Position numbers and translations under genes: made by a program. From positions 142,414,001 to 142,478,000 of the forward strand of contig OZ024742.1 in assembly GCA_964016885.1 (NCBI GenBank): a stretch of DNA of 64,000 nt. Reading direction: 5' to 3'. The notes beneath the pieces are model-generated. The model saw only the letters and a list, made by a program, of their open reading frames with translations. It ran no database searches and had not been told where the DNA came from. Positions 26,095 to 38,680 of this stretch are shown one piece after another; the stretch's first letter is position 1, and each line of letters begins with the position of its first letter. The DNA comes from Eledone cirrhosa. Taxonomy: Eukaryota.

Positions 26095-27077
26095 CTCCAT
26101 TTAATACAAAGTGTTAAGGAGCAATACAAATCGATATATTCAACACAATACATACAGATTTCCATTATCAAAGGGAAATTTTTATTAGCACTTAATTTTT
26201 GTATTTTCACAAAAGCATCAAAAAGAGGCTGTCTGTTACTCTGTGGCAATACATATAATATACAAATATAATAAGTTAACACTTTAACCCTTTTGTTACC
26301 ATATTTCTAAGAAGAATATATTCTGTCTTTGTGTTTTAATTATGAAAATAATTTAACTTTATAAAATACAAATAATTAAGAACTGAAGATCTAATGTCAT
26401 GTAATAGTGAGATTTCAATCAAAAGTTTGAATTTAAATTCCATAATTTTTAAGCAAAGTGGGGTAGTTAAAAATATAGTTAAAAATACAAGAAGATTATT
26501 TAGAAACAACCAGACAGAATTATAGAATAGAATAAATATGAATGAATGAACCGATAGGCTGGAGAGAGATCAGAAAAATGGCATTTACATTATAATTCGC
26601 AGGAACGAGGTCTCACCATTTTTGAGCGTTGACAAATTCTGGGATTCTTACCTCGCTACAGGTTTATTTATATTTGGAGAGAGAGAAGAGAGCTTTTTGA
26701 AACCAATCAGTCTGAAACAGACCCTAGTTTTATGATACAAAATTGCTCCTTAAAAAGTGTTTGTTCATATTTATATTAAAACATTTCATCATAATTTTGT
26801 GAGATCTTTTTTGTCAAATTATGTTCCAAACATTAGCTTAATGAAAACAGTTATTTTATTAAATTCTTCCAAATTAATTGAAACATAGAAAAAGTGTATT
26901 CCATTGGGAGTATGGAATATGGTAATGAATAGAGCTGTGAGTGTGTATGTGTGTGTGTGGGGGGGGGGGGGGGGGTAAATGGAATATCAGCAACAATAAC
27001 AGCAATACCACCAACAACAATAGTAACAACAATAACACCATCACCAACAACAATAATAGCAATAGTAATAAGGATAC
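26095..27077 (-). other. Probable U12-type (minor spliceosome) intron
   Basis: 5' splice site GTATCCTT (27077-27070) and branch site TCCTTAAC (26120-26113) 10-19 nt from candidate acceptors; no long polypyrimidine tract. Confidence 0.85.
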
Positions 27078-27135
27078 TGTCTAAAAGAGTATCTGGCTGT
27101 TTACTGTAACCTTCTTCATCAACATCAGGTATCAC
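27078..27135 (-). CDS. FCHO2: FCHO-like exon, start of AP2-activating (APA) segment (VIPDVDEEGYSKQPDTLLD)
   Basis: tattag|GTG...GAC A|GTATCCTT; the DVDEEGYS motif is diagnostic of FCHO/SGIP1. Confidence 0.9.
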
Positions 27136-27149
27136 CTAATAAGATATAA

Positions 27150-27415
27150 GTAAATTATAATTAACATCAATTATTAATCAACCATCAATCATTAATTAAC
27201 TAACAATTTAGCCATCAACTATTAATTAATCATCCATTTTAATAAAGTCAACTATTGATTAACCATCAACTATTAATTTGTCAACAATTATAATTAATCA
27301 TGAATTAATCATTAACCATCAATTAGAATTAACCATCAACTATCAGTTAACAACCAATTAGAATTAAGATCAAGTACAAATTAAATTAACAATTAATTAT
27401 AATTAACATAAATCA
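27150..27415. repeat. Irregular AT-rich minisatellite (aattaattaaccatcaact-like units)
   Basis: Repeated ttaaccatcaa / attaat units. Confidence 0.7.
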
Positions 27416-27417
27416 TC

Positions 27418-27945
27418 ATCATTTAACATTCACTTTCCCTGCTGGCAAGGGTCAGAGAAGTCTGTACTGAAACAGAGTCATTGACCTCGCAGACAGGCTG
27501 GGAGTCTGTATTGTATGGTTCCACATTATACCAAGTGCATTTTATTATGGCACCAGCACTAGAGAGGTTGTCATGCCTTTGACACAACTGGAGGGTCCTC
27601 CCAACCTTTTGTTTGACAAACTTTCTACAACTGAGTGCTTTTCCTATTACCAACGACTTTACAGCATTTACTGGGTGCTTTTATCATCTAGATCACAAAC
27701 ACTATGGAGGTTGTCATGTCCTTGAGATAAGTGAAGAGTCCTTCCAACCCCTTGTCTGGCAAGCTTTCTATGACTGGATGCCCTTCCTGTCACCAACCAC
27801 TTTACATCATTTACTGGGTGCATTTATTGTGTAGATCACCAACACTAGAGAGGTTGTCAAGTCCTTGACAAAACTGGGGGGGTCCTCCCAACCCTCAGTT
27901 TGGCAAGTTTTCTACACCTTGATGCCCTTCTTATCACCAACCACT
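27418..27945 (-). repeat. Tandem array of about 125-bp RTE/SINE-tail-derived units (similar arrays at 16180-16660, 22965-23170, 40250-40770)
   Basis: Repeated cactagagaggttgtcatg-ccttg...ggatgcccttc-tatcaccaaccactttaca units ending in a (GAT)n-type tail. Confidence 0.7.
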
Positions 27946-29006
27946 AAGGAAAAATACAATTCATGACAACCAAATTGATTCTTTAATCAGAAAAATAAAT
28001 TTCATTTGTTTTTTTCTTCTCTTTAAATAATAATTATATCATTATTATTATTATTATTTGCCATGCCATAACCATCTTTTTCCCAGGCACAGTACAGGCA
28101 GAACCACATTATATAATGTGGTCTTTGTTTTCCTACTATCGTAGTGTAGGACTTGAGGGAGATCTGATTGCTATTTCTAGCAGTGAAAGTCAGTGATTAT
28201 GGAAGGTAGCAATGACAATATTGAAGGGTGTTCTCAGATCTTATCTTTAAATTCTATGCACAATATAACTTTATAAATCCAAATATTCTATTTATATTAT
28301 GTGTATCTGATTCTGAATAGGTATACCACGCCTCTGTGTACCATAAGAGGTGACTAAAAGAGTTGGTACAAGGAAAAGTATCAGATCATAAAATAATATC
28401 TTAAATAGAACCCCATGATGTGTATGTAACCTGTTATAGGGCTCAAAGCTATAACTTGCATTTGCAGGTAAAATGTTCTTAAAATATTTGTATAAGTAAG
28501 CTATTGAAGTAAGAAGTTACAGAAATACAAAATATTGATGCATTTTATTTTTATTTTATTTTATTTTATTTTATTTTATTTTATTTTATTGGGGAGGGGG
28601 ATGAGTACAAAGACAATTTTTCAATAATTATATTTTATTGATAATTACAGGTATTGTATATTGATTCTACTAGGATGAAATATATGAAATCTATTTTGTA
28701 AAAAGAGAAAAGGCTGTTTTATTAGGTGCAGTCATGGCTGCATGGTTATGAAGATTGTTTTCCAACCAAGTGGCTTTGAATGCAGTAAGGGCAGCTGGCC
28801 ATAACACACTGTTTCCCAGAAGGGCCCCATGATAGGTATAAAGTCTGTCATGAGGCCTGCAAAGCTGAGTTCAGCTTTAGCATGGAAAGGGGCCTTAAAA
28901 CATGTTGTTTTGTTGTCTTTAAATTTAATTTTTGTTATATATGATCAAAACAAATCAAAATTTTTCTACAAGAATTTACCAAAGAATCACTAAAGAAGTT
29001 ACTTAC

Positions 29007-29028
29007 ACCATTGCTACCGGTACTTTCT
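29007..29028 (-). CDS. FCHO2: FCHO-like 22-nt micro-exon (ESTGSNG)
   Basis: Pyrimidine tract, atacag|A GAA AGT ACC GGT AGC AAT GGT|gtaagt; needed to convert phase 2 to phase 0. Confidence 0.75.
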
Positions 29029-29738
29029 CTGTATATAATGAAAGAAAAAGAAAAAAAGAAACAAAAAATAGTCAATAAATATCTGATATAGTATGGTATT
29101 TATGTATTTAAAAAAAAAAAAAACGAACCAAGCACCAAATAAGATCAAGGAAACTATGATTGCATTGCTGACTATCTGCCAATTGTAACTCCTGGCAGGA
29201 GGCAGATCAGATACCGCAACGCATCCTGTCCCACTTTTTAACAACTCTGCTAATCTACCACCCCTAGACTGGTACTTATATCAAACCTGAAAGGATCAAA
29301 GGCAAAGTTGACCTTGGCAGGATTTGAACTCAAGAGTGCAAAGAGCTGAAACAAATACCAAGCCATTTAATCCAATGCTCTAACAACTGCTAAAACATTA
29401 AATAGTACAAAATATTTGAAATTCTTAACATATTTTGATGCTACAACAATATGATTAACAAAACAGTTTTATCCACCCCACCTTCATTTTAACTAACAGT
29501 TCCATTTCAACTGAGGCATAACAAGAGCCCTCAATATCAGGGGGTAAATAAACTTTAGACATCGCCACCTTAATAAGCATAAAAAGCAGCTCTCGTCAAG
29601 ACATTCATGTTACACCTCTGCTTTTCAAAGAGAACAGTATTGTAAATAATTGGGCAAAGTGATTCAATTGTTCCTTGTGATGGCTCAAAGGCTAATTGAA
29701 ATCATTTAATCTTTTTTAAATTTCAAACTTATCAAATT

Positions 29739-32700
29739 TCATCATCATCATCACCGTTTTACGTCCATTCTTCCACGCTAGCATGGGTTAGATGATTTGT
29801 CCTGTTGTGGGCAGTGTCCGGAAACTGATTCTGGCTTGATTTCTACAGCTGGATGCCCTTTCTAACACCAACCTCATTTACAGTTGAGTATTGGGTGCTT
29901 TTTTTCCCGTGGTGCCTACACGTCCACTTTACAATGGGGGCATATAGTCTATATGCTTCAGCTTCGGCTTGTACCCGTGGGGGGTTGAGTCTTCTGTATT
30001 ACTGTATGACACCAGAGGTCACAGTCATGTGTCATCACCTTTGAGAGGTGTAATTGGGTAAGGTCGGCTTTTATCACCTCATCCCAGGTCTTCTTTGATC
30101 TCCTCACTCCGCGGCTTCTATCAACTTCTAGTGCTCTGCACCTTTTTATGCAGCTGTCATCCTTCATACGCATCACATGTCCATACCAGCGCAACCGCCT
30201 CTCCTGCACACAGCATTTGATTCCTCTTATGCTCAGTCTCTCTCTCAATTCATTTATGCTTTGTCGTTCACGTATATTACTGTTACACATCCATCGGAGC
30301 AAGCAAGGCTTCGTTTCTCTCTAATCTACGTAAGTCTTCCACCTTCAGCGCCCAAGTCTCACTACCATGCAACATCACTGTTCGGATACACGCATCATAC
30401 AGTCTGCCTTTCATTCTGAGGGAGAAGCCTTTTGCAGCTAGCAGTGGTAGTAGTTCCCTAAACTTCTTCCATCCCGTTCTTACCCTAGTTATTGTACTTT
30501 CTGAACACCCACCTCCGCTGCTAATTCGGTCACCTAGGTAGCAGAAGCTGTCTACTGTTTCTACAGAGCCCTCTTAGAGTTTGGTGGTGCTTGTTTCCTG
30601 TGGTTGTTTGCTGCTTGCTGTCCCAGCACAGCTGCTACATGTGAAGCCTACATTCTTAGTTAAGCTTCCTGAGATCCCACTACATCTCTTGTGTACCCAT
30701 TTGGGGCAGAAGATGGAGTTCCTACCTACACCTTTCCTACATACTGAGCAAGGCCATTTCCCTGAGGGGATCTGGGTTCTGTTTTCTCGTCTACTTATAA
30801 GGACCTTAGTCTTTGTCAGGTTGACTTTGAGACCCTTTCTTTCTAGTCCCTGCTTCCATGTTTGGAAATTGTTCTCTAGTTCTACCATAGATTCAGCTAT
30901 AAGTGCGAGGTCATCTGCATACAGGAGTTCCTAAGGGCATCCAGTCTTAAACTCCTCCGTTATTGCCTGCAAAACTATGATGAACAGGAGAGGGCTAAGA
31001 ACAGAGCCCTGGTGGACACCGACCTGTATGCTAAATTCCTCGTTATAGTCATTGCTAATCCTAACTTTGCTGACTGCTCCCCTATACATGGCTTGTACAG
31101 CTTTCACAAGCCATTCATCTACTCCTAGTTTTCTAAGAGCTCACCAGATTATAGTACGGGGGACTCTGTCAAAAGCTTTCTCCAGATCGACGAATGCCAG
31201 GTAGAGCGGCTTACTTTTAGCTAGGTACTTTTCCTGTAACTGCCTCACAAGGAAGAGGACATCAGTGGTGCCTTTTCCTGGCACAAACCCAAATTGCATC
31301 TCATCTAGTTTCACCCAGTCCCTAGTCAACTGTGCTATAACTCTTTCCATTAGTTTCATGACCTGGTCCATCAGCTTTATACCTCTATAGTTTCCTCTAT
31401 CTAGTGCATCACCTTTACCCTTGTAGCAGTTGACAATGATGCTACTGCACCAATCCTTTGGTATGACACTGGTTAACAAAACGTATGGTTATGGTGTGAC
31501 CTACCGACCCAGATGCCTTCAGCATCTCGGCAGCTATACCCAATGGACCGGTTGCCTTCCCCATCTTCATATCTTTGATTGCCTTACTTACTACGCTGCT
31601 GCTGACTTGTACTGCTGGCCCCTCTATAGGGTCTACTTGGGGTAGGGTCTCTTTTTCCCATGCATTCTCCTCATTTAGTAATCTTTCATAATGGCTCTTC
31701 CAAGCATCTTTCTTCTTAGCACTTGTGAGGGCAAGCTCACCATTATCATTCCAGATACACTTCTCTTCAATGACAACACAATTCCCTCTGACACACTGCC
31801 TCGCAATCTTGAACACCTGTTTTTGGTCCTCACGTTGCAAAACATGCTTGAATTTTCTATCCTCTGCTTCCCTTCTAGCTATGTATACTTGCCGCCTAGC
31901 TTCCCTACTGGTCTCTATGTAATGTACCCTGCTTCCCTACCAAATCACTCTCCTCCTGCCAGTGGTCTTGCTCCAACCACAGATCTCATCCGTCGCCTTT
32001 AGTAAGTTATTTTTTAGGAACTCCCACTGGTCTTCTACATTGAATGTCTCTATCTGTTCTTCTTCACTGTCATAGGCGTCGAGTAAAATATCTTTAAATC
32101 TGTTACTGGCTGAGGGGTCTTTCAGCTTCCAGATCTTTCTTCTCCAGGTTGCCTTCTGTTTCCAAGTTCATCTAGTTCTGACAGTGAGGTCGCTGACAAC
32201 TAAGTTATGTTGGGAGGTACATTCCTCACTAGAGAAGGCTTTTGTGTTTACGACCGTCCATCTATCACGTCCTCTGATGAGGATAAAATCTATCTGACTA
32301 GAATGCTCCCTTGATCTATAGGTGATCAGATGGTTGTCGGGTTTTTTGAAGTTTGTGTTACATATCGACATGTCATTGGCGTCGTAGAAGCCTGAAGCCT
32401 TCTTCATTTCTTGTGCCAAACCTGTGGCCTCCATGGACTCTATAAGCCGTCACGGTGTTTACCAACATGTCCGTTAAAATCTCCTGCAATGATTAGGAAG
32501 TCATTGTCATTTGTTAGGGTAGTAGTGTGCATTAGGGATTTGTAAAACCTATCCTTAAGTTCGTCTGGCAACCCTGATTGGGGTGCGTAAGCTGATATTA
32601 TTGTGGCAATATTCAGGACTAGTCTGAGTTTAATGATTCTTGCGTTCACTCTGTTCACTGAGATTACCTTATCTACCTATTTGTCAGCTAATAGTATACC

Positions 32701-32836
32701 TACACCACCCATCCTATTGTCATTTCCCACCCAGAAAAATTTGTAGCACTGACTTTTGCCTATAAGGACTCTAGTGGACTCCCCTTTCCATCTAGTCTGT
32801 TGCACACAGCATACATCAATTTCCTTTCGCTCTAGC
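29739..32836 (-). mobile_element. Near full-length degenerate RTE LINE (AP endonuclease + RT), same subfamily as 11762-12861
   Basis: ORF fragments with DVCCVQ-TRW, SAYAPQ, GDFNGHVG, NYRGIKL, QFGF, FVDLEKAFDRV, YADD; (TGA)n tail at about 29740. Confidence 0.95.
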
Positions 32837-33118
32837 GAAATTACTTCAGCATACAAATAAATTACATTATTATGATACAGCATTAAAAATTCTGTTGTTA
32901 TTGTTATTGTCAGGTAGACAATTGCATAAACATGGTCACACAGGTTAGTGGTTTGACATAAAGACCAGTGGAATGAGGGCATCTTATTTATCAACTCTGA
33001 AAAGATCAATAACAAAGTTGATCGTGGTGGAATTTGAACTGAGAGCGCATGATGAATAATACTAGTTGATATGATGATAATGATTTACCATAGTAACAAA
33101 CAATATTGATGCACTTAC

Positions 33119-33191
33119 TGATTTTCTTCTTTATCACGTTTTTTCTTTTTCTTGAGGTCTTTTTTCTTGTCCCTCTTAGATTTTAAGAACC
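33119..33191 (-). CDS. FCHO2: FCHO-like basic linker exon (FLKSKRDKKKDLKKKKKRDKEEN)
   Basis: tggcag|GG...AAT CA|gtaagt; 73 nt, phase 1-2; Lys-rich segment as in FCHO linkers. Confidence 0.82.
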
Positions 33192-34024
33192 CTGCCAAAA
33201 CAAATACGTAACAATATAAATCAAAAGAATCTTGAAATAATTTTTATCTTTATTTTGTTTTGTTTCAAAAATTAAATAGAAAGTAATACAGCTATAATCT
33301 GAACAACTTCATATAAAATATCACTTCAGAAATATATAACTAGTAATAAATAGGAACTATGTGTGAAGTGAGAGAAATATTTAGAAACAAGTTGAAAGAG
33401 TTACCAGAATGAGGGAACAGGTTTAGTTCAGTATATACTTACTCAAAAGAATCCAAATAGACCAACAAACCTATAAGGGTCTAAGGTTACTGATAATTAT
33501 AAAATTAATTGGGAAAAAATAACGTTTAATAAGTATTCTACCCAAGCAATAATAGAGATAAGGTAAAAAAAAAAAAAACGTTGCGTCATATTTTTTTTAA
33601 AAAACTAACTAATCTTAAAACAAGATAAAGTAAGCTACTTAATATCTTGTTAAAACAGCTCATAATACTTATATTTTATAATTCAGTTAAGATTGCCAAT
33701 AACTAAGAAACATATTGTAGTAAATATTTCTTGCCTTAATTAATGGTTTCATGAATTAAATACTAATGCTATGCAACAACAAATTGAAATATGTTTTTAC
33801 ATGCAATAAATAACTTATGCTTCAATATTTTTGTGAATAGCATTTCATAAACCACTAGTGCTAATGAACTGAAGCATAGGTTAAGAACAGACTAAATCAA
33901 ATTACAACTACCTGCAATTAGGAAGAAGAAAATACAAAAAAGAACAAACAGGTGTGCAATCACCTTGCAGATAGTGTGTGTGTGTTTTGACAAATTGCCA
34001 CTGTGCTTGCAGGAAGCATAAACT

Positions 34025-34298
<274 letters not shown>

Positions 34299-34632
34299 GT
34301 ACTTAGCATTACTAAAATTAGCTGTGCGTGGAAGGATAGCAAAACCCCGAGAATTAATGAAAAAAAAAATCTCGCTATTTATATCAGAAAAAAGCATGAG
34401 CAGAATAATGAAATATTTCTTATTTGTATTTTTGTATTTTTATGTGCACCTAAAAGGGTTAGTAAGGTTAAATATTCTTTTTCGGTCAGGTAATTAAAAC
34501 ATTTCCAGAAGGAATCAGCAAGTTATTGACTAACAAAGCAATACAACTAATACAACTAACTATGCTACTAAATGAAAGATTGAGCAAACAATGTGTTTTA
34601 ATTTCTAAACATAAAGGAAAAAAATTCAAAAA

Positions 34633-34661
<29 letters not shown>

Positions 34662-34665
<4 letters not shown>

Positions 34666-34825
34666 AACCAGTAAGACCCCGACGGCTGAGCTGAAGCTGT
34701 TTCGTCGAAACGGCTTGAGCTCAGCCGTCGGGGTTTTACTGGTTCCTATTACCCACTCTACTACCCCAAGTATTGAGTACTTTGGTGCGTTATGGTCCAC
34801 CTGGTTCCTTACCACATTTCCTTCG

Positions 34826-34826
<1 letters not shown>
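34662..34826 (+). mobile_element. Foldback palindrome plus tail element in (TA)n (probable Penelope-like remnant), copy 1
   Basis: About 88-bp near-perfect palindrome 34661-34749 followed by a 77-bp tail; flanked by TA tracts. Confidence 0.65.
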
Positions 34827-34866
<40 letters not shown>

Positions 34867-34927
34867 TATATATATATGTACATATATATATATGTACATA
34901 TATATATATATAAAAGAACCAATGTTT

Positions 34928-34993
<66 letters not shown>

Positions 34994-36394
34994 AGCAATA
35001 TTTTGCAGCAATGAACTTTCCAAAAAAATCCAAGTGATTTACCATTATGAGTTAATTTTTTTAAATTACTATTAGTATTATTTCCTCATTCTATCAAACA
35101 GAAAGGAGGAATAAGGTCCATGATATTAAGGTTTCAGAAGGCATCTTATACTACTTATGTCTGGATAATTTATGGGGAAATAATTTCCATCAGTAATACC
35201 ATCACAATAATTGCCATCGATAATAGAATATAGTAGCCAAGTCTTCACAAAGGACTATTCCCAATAATAGAATATTACGAACCAGTAAAAGAAAGTATGT
35301 AAAAATTTAACTGATAAAGAAATTGAAACTAGAGTTTTACTTTGGAATAATGAAAGATCTGTCATGAGTATGCTATTTACTTAAACTACACTATTTAGAA
35401 AAATATGACACTATTTTAATTTTAATTTTATATATATATATAATTAATATTATTATATATGTATATATATATATAAAATTAAAATTATTATATATATATA
35501 TATATATATCATCTTCATCACCATTTAACATCTTATTTTCCATGAGTCAGACGGGGTCCACGCCATGAGACATGTCTGCCCAGTTGGCCACTCCGAATCT
35601 TGTTCAAGTGTGACTGCATTTTTGCTGGGTTTTTTTACAGCTGGATGCCCTTCTTAACACCAACTGCATTTACAGTGTGGAACTATGTGTGTGTGTGTGA
35701 GTGTGTGAGTGTGTGTGTGTAGATTCTATGAAAATTTGTCATATGTTACTGTGTATTTTGGTTGACAGGTACTCAAGTTTCACATGAATGGATTAGTGCT
35801 TAGCTTAGCAAAACTCAAATACCAGCTAAGCGAGATGCATATGATAATAAATCCAACTGTGTTACATGTATCAAATCACCCCCTCAATAACAGTTTGTTG
35901 TTACTTTTATATCTATAAATCTAGAACTCAACATTAACATCTATATTTATAAAATGAAATATTAACTTTCAAAACATTATTTCTTTATTTAATCCTTTTT
36001 ATATCAATCAAGACAAAAGTGGCTCTGGTTCTGTGAATCAAAGTTACCCGTTTTAAAGGGTTCCTATTTAAATTAACATCTTCCAACTTAATTTCATATA
36101 AGAACCATATGTAAAGTTACTATCTTAGTAATGAAACAATAATTTTAGTAAATCCCTTAAAATTATTCATTAATAAATTGAAATAGAGTGTATTTTATTA
36201 GAGATATGATTTTGAATGGGTTACAAGATCTAGAATAACCAACTGGAAACTAAAGTACAGATGACATGATCTAAACTAACAAATTAGATGAGTGCTGTAA
36301 GATGTAAGAAATGGTGAAAGCAACATAAACACGGCAGGAAGAGGAAAGTAATCCAGTGGATGTTATATTATCAACAAGTGCAAAATACACATAC

Positions 36395-36454
36395 CAGAGA
36401 ATGTAAAAATGTCAAGAACACTTTTGGGTGAACTTGGGCTAGATGAGTCACTGT
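36395..36454 (-). CDS. FCHO2: FCHO-like linker exon, probable cassette (SDSSSPSSPKSVLDIFTFS)
   Basis: Long pyrimidine tract then aaacag|AC...TCT G|gtatgt; 60 nt, symmetric phase 1-1. Confidence 0.6.
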
Positions 36455-37343
36455 CTGTTTTAAAGAAAATCAAGAAATACAAGGAAAAAGAAAAAAAGCA
36501 GAGAAATGAGCTGTAGAAATATGTAATGAGAATTAAAATGAAAAGAAAAAAATATATATGTATTGTTGAAGCTAACTTTGGTGTAATATAAAGCATGGAA
36601 ACATGATTTAAGCAGCTAGTGATAATGATAATGAGAGATGTTTTATTGTTGTTGGAGGGAGGGCGTGATTATATATATATATAATGGAATATTTAAAGTA
36701 GAAAAAAATTAGTGAAAGTTGACAGTTTTGAGAGCAGTGTGATATATAAACGAAGATATCAGATGTTAGATAAAAGACAAGATAAAGATTGATATGCAGA
36801 ATCTAAGTATAGAATTAGGTGGTAGGTGGGCTGGGGAAAGAAGTAGAGTTTAGAGTTCCACTGAATTAATAAGATACGAAGGCACAGTAAAATATCTTAG
36901 ATGATAATAATAATAATAATAACAACTTATAACAGAGAAAGATGTATTGAAAGGAATGATGATGATGATAGGCAAAATGATACATGCAATAGACAAAAGA
37001 GAGAGAGATATGGAAATACATGAAATATACTCAAGCAGAATACAGGTGATATATCCATGCAACAGTGAGATAACAGCAGAATACCAATATATATATATAT
37101 GAGAGAAAGGCAGAGGAGAGAGATATGGAGGGAAGAATGAAAGAGTTTATCAGATAACAAGTATGGTGACACACAGCTCATGGATTGGCTTCTGTAGTAA
37201 TTCCAAATATCTAGTATATGAGACTTCTCCTCAATGAGAAACTAACTTAAGAACCACATGATGGTACACCTATCTGTTTAAAAAAATTCTCCTTCCAATC
37301 TACACATGAAAATGCAGTTGAATACAAATTCACACACACACAC

Positions 37344-37402
<59 letters not shown>

Positions 37403-37429
37403 TGTGTGTATGTGTGTGTGTAGGGTTAG

Positions 37430-37990
37430 TCGATACTGTTTTTTCAATTTCCTGAAGAGATGGTTCACTTGGGATCTTGCTAAGATGTGTCTCACATCCT
37501 TTTTCTTATCATAACTAAAACCGTGATGATTGGGACTGTTTTCGTTTTAAGGTGCTACATCTAGGTCTTTCTATTTACTTCAAATCCTTTTACTGACTTG
37601 TTTTTACGATCGAATACTCATATAATTTAGTTCACAATTTTTGTATTTCCTGTCTTTGATGATGATATCTGGTCTGTCCACTTAAATTATCTGGTCTATG
37701 TTAACTGAGAAATCCCAAAATATTGTTACATTATCTCCTTCCATCACGAGCTCTAGGTGGTGTTTATACCAGTTGATGGCCGTTTTTATTTTGTAGTGGT
37801 TGCATAACTTCCAGAGCAGGGATTAGCCTACTCAATCATGATGGCTCTTATACTCATTACCAGATAGTACCAGACAGCCTGAAATAAGATAGTCTATTGT
37901 CTTATCATTATTGGTGACAAAAACCTGCATTTTGGGTCTGTACCATTTTTTTTAAGTTGATACTTTCTGGTAAGGTGCCTCTATCCACTG
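37430..37990 (-). mobile_element. Relic of an R4/Dong-type (restriction-like endonuclease) non-LTR retrotransposon 3' end
   Basis: Minus-strand translation: CRF..KTIDYLISGC..EYKSHHD..WKLCNHY..WYKH..EGDNVTIFWDF..RPDIIIKD (CCHC knuckle, RHD, PD motif), with stops. Confidence 0.8.
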
Positions 37991-38444
37991 TTTTCCATCT
38001 CGATGGGTACTTTACCTGATTTGCTCAATTATTACTGTGATCATTTGGTTTTAGATGCACATTTTAAATAAATATGAATTGAAATTTTCAAAAGTTATGC
38101 TACCAAATTATTATGACAAAAAAAAAAAGAAACTTAGTACCTAATAAACAAATAATGATTAGTAATTAATAATCTAATAAAATTACATATTAGTAATAAT
38201 TGACAAAAAATAACAACTAACAATTTGCCATGGTTATTCTAATTAATCTCAGAGTAAATGTTGTAAAGAAATAGGCACAATAAAGAACTCTTGGCACATG
38301 AGTAAATTTATGATACTAAACATAAAAATAAGGCCCCTTCAGTCATTACTGGCCATAGTTTTGCACCTAGAAAGTTCTTCTCCAAGCCTAGCAAAGGTGT
38401 TTAGTGGAAAACCAGCAGTTTCCTGTGCATACCATTACTGCTAT

Positions 38445-38680
38445 TATAGTTCAGGCCAAGGAGGGTAAACTCTCCAAATATTGGTCGCTTTCCGACAGGT
38501 TTGTGGTCGAGCCTGTGGCAGTGGAGACTTCTGGCGTAAATGGCCCTAAGGCCCCTCCTTGCTCACCACCATTGGCACAGAGTTGACCACACGCAGGTGG
38601 AATGGCTCTTCCAGTGCATCTCCCTCACCATCCTATCAGGTCCGCCAGGCCGTGGCCAGCGTGTGGACCTCCATTTGCTC
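38445..38680 (+). mobile_element. Relic of a CRE-like (RLE) non-LTR retrotransposon C-terminus
   Basis: QAKEGKLSKYWSLSDRFVVEPVAVETSGVNGP...EWLFQCISLTIL resembles the K--KY...F-PVAVET-G..G...WLFQRISL RLE tail. Confidence 0.65.

Noticed and set aside
34486-35014. Shared peptide [21 protein letters not shown] in ORFs at 34.5 kb and 47.4 kb as a gene family
   Set aside because: Arises from the palindromic repeat read through TA tracts on both strands
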